A stretch of DNA of 64,000 bases. Source: Oscillospiraceae bacterium (GTDB lineage: Bacteria; Bacillota; Clostridia; Oscillospirales; Ruminococcaceae). The notes beneath the pieces were generated by a model. The model was not told where the DNA came from. It did no database searches and saw nothing but the letters and a program-made list of their open reading frames with translations. Below are positions 20,676 through 30,867 of the stretch, piece by piece. The DNA is taken from assembly GCA_020024155.1 (NCBI GenBank), contig JAHHUE010000002.1:77-64076 (forward strand). The letters run 5' to 3'. Within the stretch, counting starts at the first letter, position 1; every line of letters begins with the position of its first letter. Both the position numbers and the translations under genes were made by a program.

Positions 20676-21866
20676 ATGCCAAAAACAGTAGGTATTATAA
20701 CAGAATATAACCCTTTTCATCTTGGACACAAGTATCAAATTGATAAACTTAAAGAATTAGGCTTTGACAATATTGCCGTGTGTATGAGTGGTTCTTGTGT
20801 TCAAAGAGGAGAATTTGCAATGTTTTCAAAATTTGAACGTGCAAAAATGGCAATAAATTGTGGTGTAAATCTTGTGTGCGAACTGCCTTATCCTTACAGT
20901 TGTTTTTCGGCTGAAAACTTTGCTAAAAACGGTGTTCATATACTTAAAAATCTTGGAGTTGACGCCATAAGCTTTGGCAGTGAGAGTGCAGATATTTCTG
21001 TTTTACTTCCTATTTCAGAGTACCTTTTAAGTAATGAATACAATGATAAATTAAAAAAATATTTATCTGATAATATTCCTTTTGCAACTGCAAGAGAGAA
21101 AGCTATACTTGATAAGTTTTCATTAAACAGCAGTATTATTTCTGCGTCAAATGATATACTTGCTCTTGAATATATTAAAGAGTGTATAAGGTTAAAATGG
21201 GATGTTGAGTTTATTCCTATAAAAAGAAAAGGTGCAAAGTATAATGACTTGACACCTAAAAATGGTATGGCTTCTGCAAGTTATATAAGAAAATGTGCAA
21301 ATGAGTATCGTTTTGATAATGCGGTTTCCTTTATTCCCGATAATATCCAAAAAAACTTTATAAATCGCCTTGAACAAGGAGATTATTTTGCTCCTGACCA
21401 AAGCTTTGACAAGGCTGTTATCTTTACACTTAAAAAGCTTTCTGCCTCTGATTTTGAAAAAATTCCGGATTGCAATAAAGAGCTAAGCCACGCATTTTCA
21501 AACAATGTATCTGACTGTTCCACCATTGAACAACTTATAGATAGTCTTCCAACAAAGCAATACACTCGTGCAAGGCTTAAAAGAATTATACTGTTTGCAT
21601 TTTTAGGATATAACCAAAATTTACCTAATTTAGTTCCTTTTATAAGGGTTTTGGCAATGGATAAAAACGGAGAATACATTTTAAAAAATGCTAAAAATGT
21701 AAGCGAAATACCAATAAGTCATTCTTATAGAATACTAAAAGAAATTAACGATGATTGCAAAAATATTATAAATGCAGAAAGCCTTGCCACTGATAGTCAA
21801 AGTTTATTTTTTAGATATAGTGGAGAAAATCGCACAGATTATACAACAAAATTATACAAAAAGTAA
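20676..21866 (+). CDS. tmcAL: tRNA(Met) cytidine acetate ligase TmcAL (YlbM/UPF0348 family nucleotidyltransferase)
   Basis: N-terminal GIITEYNPFHLGHKYQI HxGH-type motif; length matches the family. Confidence 0.8.
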   Translation: MPKTVGIITEYNPFHLGHKYQIDKLKELGFDNIAVCMSGSCVQRGEFAMFSKFERAKMAINCGVNLVCELPYPYSCFSAENFAKNGVHILKNLGVDAISFGSESADISVLLPISEYLLSNEYNDKLKKYLSDNIPFATAREKAILDKFSLNSSIISASNDILALEYIKECIRLKWDVEFIPIKRKGAKYNDLTPKNGMASASYIRKCANEYRFDNAVSFIPDNIQKNFINRLEQGDYFAPDQSFDKAVIFTLKKLSASDFEKIPDCNKELSHAFSNNVSDCSTIEQLIDSLPTKQYTRARLKRIILFAFLGYNQNLPNLVPFIRVLAMDKNGEYILKNAKNVSEIPISHSYRILKEINDDCKNIINAESLATDSQSLFFRYSGENRTDYTTKLYKK

Positions 21867-21897
21867 TTTTTATTTATAAAATTACAAATATAAGCAA

Positions 21898-21936
21898 AAA
21901 GACAGATGATTTTACACCATCTGTCTTTATTTTTTA
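21898..21936. terminator. Bidirectional terminator between tmcAL and the binding-protein gene
   Basis: AAAGACAGATG / CATCTGTCTTT stem with T-runs on both strands. Confidence 0.8.
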
Positions 21937-21938
21937 GT

Positions 21939-23093
21939 TTATTCTGAAATATTTTGTTGTGGAGTAATTTGGTCGCCATAAACTTGGTTTGTTATTTCAG
22001 CAATGGTTTTTATAGCTCTTGGGCTGATATTCTCAAACTCTTTAATATTGATATAAAATACATTTCCATTTTTAAAAGCATCTGTTTCTGCAAAGCCCAT
22101 ATCTTTTAGTTGTTCTTCTGTAACTGTATCAGAAACAATTATGATTTCAGGGTTTGATGAAATAATATTTTCCATATTTGATGTAAAATAGTTTTCTCCA
22201 TCTGATACAACATCAAAAAAGTTTGAAAGCAAATCTGCCTCTATTGTGTCAGTTGTTGCCAACATACCATAGTTGTTAAAAATCATAACAACAGATTTTT
22301 TACTTACATTTTGTAATGCAGATTTGTATAGTCCTATCTTTTCTTGAATATCGTTATAAAATCTTTCACCAAGTAATGTTGCTTGTTCTGCACCACAAGT
22401 AAGAGCAGAAATGCTACGATAAATTTCTTTTAACTCTTCCATATTTTTTGGCACATTAAGTGTAAGAATTTTTATTCCACTTTGTTCAATTTTTATTTTA
22501 TCTGTTTCACTTATAGGGTTTTGGATAATAAGATAATCCGGAGCAAGATTTATTATTTCATCAGCTTTTGGAATTAGCGGTGTTCCAACTGTAAGCAAAT
22601 CTTCTCTGCCATGTTTATCACAATATTCACTAACTGCAATAAGTGCATTTTGACTTTGTGATGATAAAATTGCCTCTGTTGCAAAAGGAGATAAACTTAT
22701 AATTTTTGTTGCCGGTTGTTCTATTGTCACACCAAAACTAATTGCCGGATAAACAAAATTGGGTTGTTTGTCTTTTGAAAAAATTGAAGTTATCTTTTTC
22801 CACAAAGATTTCTTTGGTTTAGAAGGTTTTTGTTGATTTTCTTCTTTTTTATCATCATTGTTTTCTGTTGTTGAATTATTCTGTTCAATATTGCTATTAG
22901 AACTATTATCAACAACTACACTTGTATTTATATTAGAAGAACTATCTTGATTATTTTTAACATCTTTTAATACAAAAACAGAAATTGCAATAGTTAAAAT
23001 AACAAGCAATAAAACACCACAAATTACAATTTGTTTTTTACGCTTTTTTTGTTGTTTTTTTCTTTTTTCAGTTTCTGGAGAAATATACTTCAT
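21939..23093 (-). CDS. Membrane-anchored periplasmic-binding-protein-fold protein (BtuF/FhuD-like ABC substrate-binding family)
   Basis: N-terminal K-rich segment and TM helix, then an S/N/E-rich linker. A class III SBP-like domain follows (IISLSPFATE...LAPDYLII...). Confidence 0.65.
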   Translation of the reverse strand: MKYISPETEKRKKQQKKRKKQIVICGVLLLVILTIAISVFVLKDVKNNQDSSSNINTSVVVDNSSNSNIEQNNSTTENNDDKKEENQQKPSKPKKSLWKKITSIFSKDKQPNFVYPAISFGVTIEQPATKIISLSPFATEAILSSQSQNALIAVSEYCDKHGREDLLTVGTPLIPKADEIINLAPDYLIIQNPISETDKIKIEQSGIKILTLNVPKNMEELKEIYRSISALTCGAEQATLLGERFYNDIQEKIGLYKSALQNVSKKSVVMIFNNYGMLATTDTIEADLLSNFFDVVSDGENYFTSNMENIISSNPEIIIVSDTVTEEQLKDMGFAETDAFKNGNVFYINIKEFENISPRAIKTIAEITNQVYGDQITPQQNISE

Positions 23094-23242
23094 ATCTTAT
23101 CCTTGTAATAACTCATTAAAATAATTATAAAACCGCAAACTATATTTATAGTACACATTATATCATTGATATATTTTCACTACAATATAATTTTTTATAG
23201 TTTAGAAAAGTGTCAACTAAATGTAATAATCTTTTACTAAAC

Positions 23243-23278
23243 AAAAGCACAGAAAAACAAAAATCTTTCTGTGCTTTT
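23243..23278 (-). terminator. Terminator after the CinA-SpoIID gene
   Basis: AAAAGCACAGAAA / TTTCTGTGCTTTT 13-bp stem. Confidence 0.7.
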
Positions 23279-23281
23279 TAA

Positions 23282-26200
23282 TTATTTATAACTTTGGATT
23301 GTTATGCCTGTATAGTAGTGTGATAAAATCTGACTGTATGACCAGCCTTCATTTTGAGCATAAAGCTGTGCCCCCCACTGACTCATACCAACACCATGTC
23401 CGTGTCCATAAGTAGTAAATACAAATGTTGAGCCGTCGTAATCTATATCAAAACAATGGGAACGCATAACCATTGCTCCACCTGACTTAAACAAATCTTC
23501 TCTTAAATTTCTGCCTGTTATAGGCATAGTTCTATTTTGATTTTTACTGAAATATGTTGTTTGTCCACAAATAGACATATCGCCGACATAATTACCACTT
23601 GTTCTATTTAAGATTTGGAACCATGTTTCAGGCTCCCCCGTAGGTTCAATACCAACTTCTCTCAATATGTTTTCCATATCTTCTCTTGAATATCTAACAG
23701 TACCTTGATAGCCACTTGCTTGATAATCGTATTTACTTTCAACGGATACTAAATGTCCATAATGCCCACCCCATACTTCTGCTGATGAGTTTGTTCTGCC
23801 TGATGAAGATGCAAAATATGGAGCATAAACTGGTCTTCCACCAATTACCATAATTAAGTCTTTAACTTCATTAACAGCATTTACAACTGAAGTATATGGC
23901 GTTGTTCGGCCTGCAACAGACGGAGCATAATCCCCAATTGACTGCTGATACCTTATGAATGTATGTGTTGCTATTGCTTGAGCTTTCAATGCCTCTGGAT
24001 TCCAACCTGCTGTCATTTCTTTTGAAACAACTTGAGCAAGTATTTTTTCAACAGAATCAGTAACAACTTGTCCATTCATTGTTACAGTAAGTGTATCAAC
24101 TGGGTCTGGTTTTACTTCTGGCTTAGGTTTTTCGTCCGGTTTAGGTTTTTCGTCCGGTTTAGGCTTTTCATCCGGTTTAGGATTTTTATCCGGTTTAGGA
24201 TTTTTATCCGGTTTTGGTTTTTCATTTGGTTTAGTTTCTTCTGTATTAGGTTTTATATAGTCTTCATCATCTTCAAGTGAAGGTCTTTTATTCGAGCTAT
24301 TAGATGAACTACTATCTTTGTCCTTTGATGAACTGTCACCTTTTGATGAGCTGTCTTTTTCGTCTGAAAAACTTGTATCTGAGTCACTGTCATCTTCTTT
24401 TGATGAGCTTTCGCTAGCTTCACTGTCTTGTTCAGAACTGATGTTAGATACATTAGGTTTTGCTATATTTTCTGAATTACCATCGACTTTTTTTGCAAAA
24501 CACATACTTACCATACCTTCATCTGTTACATCTTTAAACACCATAAGGTCATCAAAACCGGTAACATCCTGCACTTCAAAATCTATTTTAGACTCTGCCA
24601 GCACTTCATCAACTACATCTTGGCTATCCTCCATTTTCATAAGTCCATCATACTGTTGCTGTGTATAATCAACTATTGAAAAAATAGAGTATTTATTATA
24701 ATCACCTTTATCTTCAAAAACTAAAACTTCTTTATCATTTTGCCAGTTTTTTATATCTTCAAAACCAGTATATGTTTTTATACCGGCAATTGAAGTATCC
24801 TCATATACAACACTGCCTTTTTCTTTTTCAAACATTTTATATGAGCCTATTGCATATTCGGTAGGAATATTTTTTACTGTTATCCAGCCCTTTAATTTAA
24901 GGTTTTGAGCCCAAGAGCCGGATATTAAATCTACTGTATCCTGCTCAAAACCCTCTGAAAAAAAATTGTTGCTATGCCTCTGACTTATAATACTAGATAC
25001 TGTATCTTTTGAAAATATATTTGAAAAAAAAGAAAAATCACCTAAATTTCCATCTTTTGTTACAAATAAATATCCAAAAGCAATAATTACAGCAAGCAAT
25101 ATAACTGATAAACCAATTATAAGATAATCAATTATCTTTTTGTTTTTTGATTTTGATTTTTTTGGAGCAATTTCCAATACATCGTCAATTGGAAGATTAA
25201 ATATTACTCTACGCAATAAATCAAGTGCATATTGTGTTGCAAGGTTTGTTATTGTTTCTCTATTGCCTGCAAAATGATGTTTTACAACATAAGTTTTTTC
25301 TTTTGTTGAAACAGCAATATATACAAGACCAACATCATCTCCGGTTGGACCTGCATATCCAGTTGTTGCAACACCATATGTGCTTTCTGCTTTTTTACGA
25401 ATATTATTAGCCATCTGAGCTGCAACTTCACTGCTTACTGCTGTATATGTTTCTATTGCATCTTGCTCTACATCAAGTATTTCAACTTTTTGTTTATCAG
25501 AATATGCACATACACCAAGTTCAAATACCATTGATGAACCTGATATACTTGTTAATCTTGATGAAATTCTGCCACCGGTACAACTTTCTGCTGTTGCAAC
25601 AGTCTGCATAGTTTTAGAAAGTGTATTAACTAACACACTTTCAACATTATCAACATCAACACCATAAATATGCTCGCTTATCTTTCTGCTAATCTGTGCA
25701 TATTGTTTATCAAGAAGTTCGTCTGCTTCTTTGTCGCTTTGTGCTTTTGCTGTAATGCGTATTGTAACTTCGCCATCACCTTTTGCGTAAAGAGCCGCTG
25801 TTGGATTTTCACAATCCAAGACCTCTTTCACTTTTGTTTCAAGCATACTTTCCCCTATGCCAATTGTTTTTACATAACGGGATTTGATAACACCTCTAAC
25901 CAATTTTTTCAAAATTGGCATAACTTGTTTATCCATCATAGGTTTAAGTTCTTTTGGAGGACCAGGCAATAAAACTGCCATTTTTTCACCATCTATAAAA
26001 ACTATACCTGGTGCTGTACCATTTTCGTTATTTAAGAACTTGCCTTTTTTAGGAACAAACGCTTGTTGTTTATTGTTATCTGTCATAACACGATTCATTT
26101 TCTCAAAGTGAAGTTTTATTCTATCTTCAACTTCTTGACTATAAACAAGAGTATCATTGTATACTTGTGCAACCGTTTGTTTTGTAAGGTCGTCATCTGT

Positions 26201-26413
26201 TGGCCCAAGTCCACCAGAAAAAATAACAATATCGCTTCTTTCCTTTGCTGTCTGCACAGCTTGTGTAAGTCGTTCTTTGTTATCACCAACAACTTGCTGA
26301 TTGTATACAGATATACCAATTTCAGACAATGCTTGTGCAAGATATTGTGCATTGGTATTTACTATATCGCCAAGCAATAACTCTGTGCCAACACAAATAA
26401 TTTCTGCGCGCAA
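23282..26413 (-). CDS. Fusion protein: full-length CinA (MoCF-binding + PncC-like NMN deamidase), TM helix, unassigned domain, acidic/KP-repeat linker, SpoIID-type domain
   Basis: N-terminal AEIICVGTELLLGDIVNTNAQYL and ATAESCTGG match CinA. The TM helix is IIGLSVILLAVIIAFGYLFV. C-terminal EALKAQAIATHTF...HGHGVGMSQWGA matches SpoIID. TTG start. Confidence 0.85.
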   Translation of the reverse strand: MRAEIICVGTELLLGDIVNTNAQYLAQALSEIGISVYNQQVVGDNKERLTQAVQTAKERSDIVIFSGGLGPTDDDLTKQTVAQVYNDTLVYSQEVEDRIKLHFEKMNRVMTDNNKQQAFVPKKGKFLNNENGTAPGIVFIDGEKMAVLLPGPPKELKPMMDKQVMPILKKLVRGVIKSRYVKTIGIGESMLETKVKEVLDCENPTAALYAKGDGEVTIRITAKAQSDKEADELLDKQYAQISRKISEHIYGVDVDNVESVLVNTLSKTMQTVATAESCTGGRISSRLTSISGSSMVFELGVCAYSDKQKVEILDVEQDAIETYTAVSSEVAAQMANNIRKKAESTYGVATTGYAGPTGDDVGLVYIAVSTKEKTYVVKHHFAGNRETITNLATQYALDLLRRVIFNLPIDDVLEIAPKKSKSKNKKIIDYLIIGLSVILLAVIIAFGYLFVTKDGNLGDFSFFSNIFSKDTVSSIISQRHSNNFFSEGFEQDTVDLISGSWAQNLKLKGWITVKNIPTEYAIGSYKMFEKEKGSVVYEDTSIAGIKTYTGFEDIKNWQNDKEVLVFEDKGDYNKYSIFSIVDYTQQQYDGLMKMEDSQDVVDEVLAESKIDFEVQDVTGFDDLMVFKDVTDEGMVSMCFAKKVDGNSENIAKPNVSNISSEQDSEASESSSKEDDSDSDTSFSDEKDSSSKGDSSSKDKDSSSSNSSNKRPSLEDDEDYIKPNTEETKPNEKPKPDKNPKPDKNPKPDEKPKPDEKPKPDEKPKPEVKPDPVDTLTVTMNGQVVTDSVEKILAQVVSKEMTAGWNPEALKAQAIATHTFIRYQQSIGDYAPSVAGRTTPYTSVVNAVNEVKDLIMVIGGRPVYAPYFASSSGRTNSSAEVWGGHYGHLVSVESKYDYQASGYQGTVRYSREDMENILREVGIEPTGEPETWFQILNRTSGNYVGDMSICGQTTYFSKNQNRTMPITGRNLREDLFKSGGAMVMRSHCFDIDYDGSTFVFTTYGHGHGVGMSQWGAQLYAQNEGWSYSQILSHYYTGITIQSYK
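24120..24245 (-). repeat. About seven tandem 18-bp coding repeats (KPKPDE/N units) inside the CinA-SpoIID ORF
   Basis: Plus-strand units GGTTTAGGTTTTTCGTCC and close variants in direct succession, translating to NEKPKPDKNPKPDKNPKPDEKPKPDEKPKPDEKPKPE. Confidence 0.9.
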
Positions 26414-26456
26414 TTATTTCACCCTTTCCTCTAATATTTTTATACTATCTTTTAAA

Positions 26457-27641
26457 TTAAACTATATTTACAAATACTTTTTCAACCTGAGCCATTGCCT
26501 CATCTTCTAATTTGCGAAGTGTTTCCATATTCATATTTTCTTCTGCATTAAGAATTTCTTCCATAGAAGGTTTTGTTTTTGGATGGCTTGGTGTAAAGAT
26601 TGTACAGCAGTCTTCAAAAGGAAGAATTGATGTTTCAAATGTATCAATTTTTCTTGCTATCTCTGTAATTTCGTTTTTGTCCATACCTATTACAGGGCGA
26701 AGTATTGGCATTTCAACAGATGAGTCTGTTGCTTTTATTGCTTTAAGTGTTTGGCTTGCAACCTGAGCAAGACTTTCGCCAGTAATTATAGCCTCTGCAC
26801 CATTTTCTTCTGCAAGTTTCTCTGTAATTCTCATCATACTTCTACGCATAAGAACTGTAAATAATTCCGGAACACCATTATCACGGATATATTCTTGTGG
26901 AACTGTAAAAGGAACAATATAAAGTGTAATATCTCCGGTGTATTCTTTAACCTTTTCACAAAGGGTAATAACTTTTTGTCTTGCTCTTTCACTTGTGTAT
27001 GGAGGAGAAGCAAAGTGAACAGCCATAAGGTTCATACCTCTTTTAGCCATCATATAAGCAGCAACAGGGCTGTCTATACCACCGGAAAGCATAAGAGCAC
27101 CTTTACCTGATGTAGATACAGGCATACCACCTGCTGCCTGTTCTTTTCCTCCATGAACATAAGCGCCAAAATCACGAATTTCAACCATAACTGTTGCATC
27201 TGGATTATTGACATCAACTCTAAGATGATGATATTTGCTAAGAATTCTGCCACCAAGTTCTCTTGCTATTTCCGGCGATTTCATCGGGAAAGCTTTATCA
27301 CTTCTCTTTGCAACAACTTTAAATGTTTTTGCATTTCTCAATGTATCTTCAAGATATTCAACTGCTGTTTTTGCAATAACTTCAAAATCTTTTTCAACAA
27401 CAACAGCTTTACTTATTGTTGCAATACCAAAAATCTTCTTGATTTTTTCGTATGCTGCATCAACATCACTATCTTCTGTTTCAGGTTCAACATATATTGT
27501 ACTTTGTGCTTTATATGTTTTAAATTTACCAAGTTTTTTAATTCTTCTTCTGATTGTCTTCATCAGCTGTGCTTCAAATGTGCTTTTATTAAGCCCTTTA
27601 AGACAAACTTCGCCAAGATAGCAAATAATCAATTGTTTCAT
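26457..27641 (-). CDS. thiI: tRNA 4-thiouridine synthase ThiI
   Basis: 394 aa with a THUMP-like N-terminus and the PP-loop LMLSGGIDSPVAAY. Confidence 0.9.
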   Translation of the reverse strand: MKQLIICYLGEVCLKGLNKSTFEAQLMKTIRRRIKKLGKFKTYKAQSTIYVEPETEDSDVDAAYEKIKKIFGIATISKAVVVEKDFEVIAKTAVEYLEDTLRNAKTFKVVAKRSDKAFPMKSPEIARELGGRILSKYHHLRVDVNNPDATVMVEIRDFGAYVHGGKEQAAGGMPVSTSGKGALMLSGGIDSPVAAYMMAKRGMNLMAVHFASPPYTSERARQKVITLCEKVKEYTGDITLYIVPFTVPQEYIRDNGVPELFTVLMRRSMMRITEKLAEENGAEAIITGESLAQVASQTLKAIKATDSSVEMPILRPVIGMDKNEITEIARKIDTFETSILPFEDCCTIFTPSHPKTKPSMEEILNAEENMNMETLRKLEDEAMAQVEKVFVNIV

Positions 27642-28777
27642 TACTTTTTCACCTTCTGTAATTTTTCTTGTGCAGATTTAAGAGCTGCAATAAACTTATC
27701 TATATCTTCTTCTGTTGTATTTACACCAAAACTTACCCTTATAGCACTGTCTATTCTTTTATCACTAAGTCTCATCGCTTCAAGTGTGTGACTTGCTGAG
27801 CCTTTTGAGCAAGCTGAACCTGATGAAATATAAATTTCGTCTTGTTCAAGAAAATGAAGTAATGTTTCACTGCGATAATTCATAAAAGAAAAGTTCACTG
27901 TATAAGGCATTGCATTATTTGGAGAGTTTACAATAACATTATCAAACTGCTTTAAACCGTCAAGAAGTCTTTCTTTCAACACTGTATAGTGGTTTAAATT
28001 CTGCTTTATATTATTGCCAAGAAGTTCGCAAGCCTTTTCAAGCCCAAGAATATAGTGGATATTCTCTGTACCAGCTCTAAGACCTCTTTCTTGTCCACCA
28101 CCTATGATAACTGATTTTATATTTGTGCCTTTTCTAAGGAATAAACCACCTATACCTTTTGGAGCATTGATTTTGTGTCCTGAAAACGCAATTGATTCTG
28201 CCATAATCTTTGTTGTATCAATAGGCACTTTCATAAATGACTGTGTTGCATCAATATGTATAACGGTACGTTTATTTTTTTGCTTTATCTTTTCACACAG
28301 ACTTTTTACATCTATAACTGCGCCTGTTTCATTGTTAACATGAATCATTGTAACAAGTGCTGTTTTGCTGTCCACTGCATCAAGTAACTCGTTTGCATCA
28401 ATATTTCCATCTTCTTGTGGGTTAATATTTACAATAGTAAAGCCCATTTCTTTAAGATTTTCAAGTGGCATTCTCACAGACGGATGCTCATATCCTGTTG
28501 TTACAATTTTATTTGCCCAGTTTTTTCTAGCCATAGCAAGACCGTAAATTGCAATGTTATTGCTTTCTGACGCACAAGATGTAAAGTAAATCTCATCATC
28601 TTTTGCATTTATAAATCCTGCGATAGTAGCTCTTGCTTTATTTATTTTATTTTCTGTTACAGCACCAATTTTATATAATGAAGATGGATTTGCAAAATCC
28701 TCTGAAAGACTTTTTGCAATCACATCTGCAACTTGAATGTTTATCGGTGTTGTTGCTGCATTATCAAGATAAATCAT
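27641..28777 (-). CDS. Cysteine desulfurase (NifS/IscS class V aminotransferase)
   Basis: IYLDNAATTP, SGHK (PLP lysine) and SSGSACS motifs. Start set at the ATG at 28777 after AGAGG. Adjacent to thiI. Confidence 0.9.
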   Translation of the reverse strand: MIYLDNAATTPINIQVADVIAKSLSEDFANPSSLYKIGAVTENKINKARATIAGFINAKDDEIYFTSCASESNNIAIYGLAMARKNWANKIVTTGYEHPSVRMPLENLKEMGFTIVNINPQEDGNIDANELLDAVDSKTALVTMIHVNNETGAVIDVKSLCEKIKQKNKRTVIHIDATQSFMKVPIDTTKIMAESIAFSGHKINAPKGIGGLFLRKGTNIKSVIIGGGQERGLRAGTENIHYILGLEKACELLGNNIKQNLNHYTVLKERLLDGLKQFDNVIVNSPNNAMPYTVNFSFMNYRSETLLHFLEQDEIYISSGSACSKGSASHTLEAMRLSDKRIDSAIRVSFGVNTTEEDIDKFIAALKSAQEKLQKVKK

Positions 28778-29016
28778 TATATCAACCTCTTGTATCTGAG
28801 AATATTCATTCAAATTAGTTTATTATAACATAAATAAACAATTTAGTAAATTAGTTATTAAAAATACTGTCAGTATTACTTAATATTTATACAGTGTATA
28901 TTAAAACTTTTGTATTTTTATTTTGTTTACAACTTCAATTTTTATGTTATGATTGTGTATATGATTTTAAATCATATATATTATTTGGTTAGTTATTATG
29001 GAGGTGTGTATTTAAG

Positions 29017-30684
29017 ATGAAAACTGATATTGAAATTGCTCAAAGTGCAAATATGTTGCCTATTGAAGAAATTGCTGAAAAAATTGGTCTTTCAAGAAAA
29101 GAAATCAGTCTTTATGGTGATTACAAAGCAAAAATTGATTTGGCTAAAATAAAAAACATGCCAAGCAAAAACGGTAAACTTATTCTTGTTACTGCAATAA
29201 GTCCAACTCCTGCTGGTGAAGGCAAAACAACAACAAGTATTGGTCTTGGCGATGGTCTTGCAAAACTTGGCAGAAATGTTATGCTTTGTCTTAGAGAGCC
29301 AAGTCTTGGCCCAGTATTTGGTGTAAAAGGTGGTGCAGCTGGTGGTGGATATGCTCAGGTTGTTCCAATGGAAGACATAAATCTTCATTTTACCGGAGAT
29401 TTGCACGCAATTGGTGCAGCAAACAATCTTCTTGCAGCTTTAATAGACAATCATATTCAACAAGGAAATCAACTTGGAATTGATTCACGCAGAATTACTT
29501 GGAAACGCTGTGTTGATATGAACGACAGACAATTGCGTTTTATCACAGATGGTCTTGGTGGAAAAGCAAACGGCACTCCAAGAGAAGACGGATTTGATAT
29601 TACTGTTGCAAGTGAAATTATGGCAATTTTCTGCCTTGCAAGTGACCTTGCTGACCTTAAAGAGCGTATTTCTCGCATAGTTGTTGGATATACTTTTTCA
29701 AACGAACCTGTTACAGTTGCTCAGCTTGGTTGTCAAGGTGCAATTGCAGCACTTTTAAAAGATGCTATAAACCCTAACCTTGTACAAACTCTTGAAAACA
29801 CACCTTGTATTATACATGGTGGCCCTTTTGCAAACATTGCACATGGATGTAACAGTGCAATAGCAACAAAACTTGGGCTTAAATTATCTGACTATGTTGT
29901 TACAGAAGCAGGATTCGGTGCTGACCTTGGTGCAGAAAAATTCCTTAACATCAAATGCCGTATGAACGGTCTTGCTCCTAATGCCGTTGTTATCGTTGCA
30001 ACAATTCGTGCTCTTAAACATCATGGTGGTGTTGCAAAAGCAGACCTCAATAATGAAAATATTGATGCTCTCAAAGCAGGTCTTGCAAACCTTGGCAGAC
30101 ATATACACAATATTAAAGATAACTTTAAACTTCCTTGTGTTGTTGCTGTTAACAGCTTCCCTTCTGACACCAAAGCAGAAGTTAATGCTGTATTTGAATA
30201 CTGTGAAAACCTTGGTGTTCCTTGTTCATTCAGCGAAGTATTTGCAAAAGGTGGCGAAGGTGGTATTGACCTTGCACAAAAGGTACTTGATATTATAGAA
30301 GATGATAGTAAAATTAACTTTACATATCCAGAAGATATGAAAGTTGATGAAAAAATCAAAACTATATGTACAAAAATTTATGGTGCTGACACAGTTACAT
30401 TCTCAAAATCTGCTCAGACAATGCTTAAAAATCTTACTCTTCAAGGCTATGATAAACTTCCGGTATGTATAGCAAAAACACAATATTCATTCTCTGATAA
30501 TGCAAGTTTAATTTCTGCTCCATCAGGCTTTACAATGAATGTTAGAGAATTGCGTCTTTCTGCCGGTGCTGGTTTTGTTGTTGCTGTTATGGGCGATATT
30601 ATGACAATGCCAGGACTTCCAAAAGTTCCTGCTGCAATGAACATTGATATTGACGAAAACGGTATTATCAGTGGTTTATTCTAA
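29017..30684 (+). CDS. fhs: Formate--tetrahydrofolate ligase
   Basis: 555 aa with [10 protein letters not shown] and the full-length FTHFS pattern. Confidence 0.97.
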   Translation: MKTDIEIAQSANMLPIEEIAEKIGLSRKEISLYGDYKAKIDLAKIKNMPSKNGKLILVTAISPTPAGEGKTTTSIGLGDGLAKLGRNVMLCLREPSLGPVFGVKGGAAGGGYAQVVPMEDINLHFTGDLHAIGAANNLLAALIDNHIQQGNQLGIDSRRITWKRCVDMNDRQLRFITDGLGGKANGTPREDGFDITVASEIMAIFCLASDLADLKERISRIVVGYTFSNEPVTVAQLGCQGAIAALLKDAINPNLVQTLENTPCIIHGGPFANIAHGCNSAIATKLGLKLSDYVVTEAGFGADLGAEKFLNIKCRMNGLAPNAVVIVATIRALKHHGGVAKADLNNENIDALKAGLANLGRHIHNIKDNFKLPCVVAVNSFPSDTKAEVNAVFEYCENLGVPCSFSEVFAKGGEGGIDLAQKVLDIIEDDSKINFTYPEDMKVDEKIKTICTKIYGADTVTFSKSAQTMLKNLTLQGYDKLPVCIAKTQYSFSDNASLISAPSGFTMNVRELRLSAGAGFVVAVMGDIMTMPGLPKVPAAMNIDIDENGIISGLF

Positions 30685-30692
30685 TAAATAAT

Positions 30693-30736
30693 AAAAAGTG
30701 CTCTGTTAATAAAATATAAGAGCACTTTTTTATTTT
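30693..30736 (+). terminator. Intrinsic terminator after fhs
   Basis: AAAAAGTGCTCT / AGAGCACTTTTT stem followed by a T-run. Confidence 0.85.
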
Positions 30737-30867
30737 GATACATTTTATTTTTTAATACATATATACATTGACAAATTTTGTAATAAGTAATAAATTATTA
30801 TATAGACTTTTTTACCGTCTTTTTTACAAAGACGGTTTATTTATTTTATACAATTTGAGGTGACTCT

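Noticed and set aside
24120-24245. Regularly spaced short repeats considered as a CRISPR array (also the 49547-49938 repeats)
   Set aside because: The 18-bp units are contiguous with no spacers and lie in frame inside a long ORF. The units of about 162 bp are tRNA gene duplications. No cas genes are present in the window.
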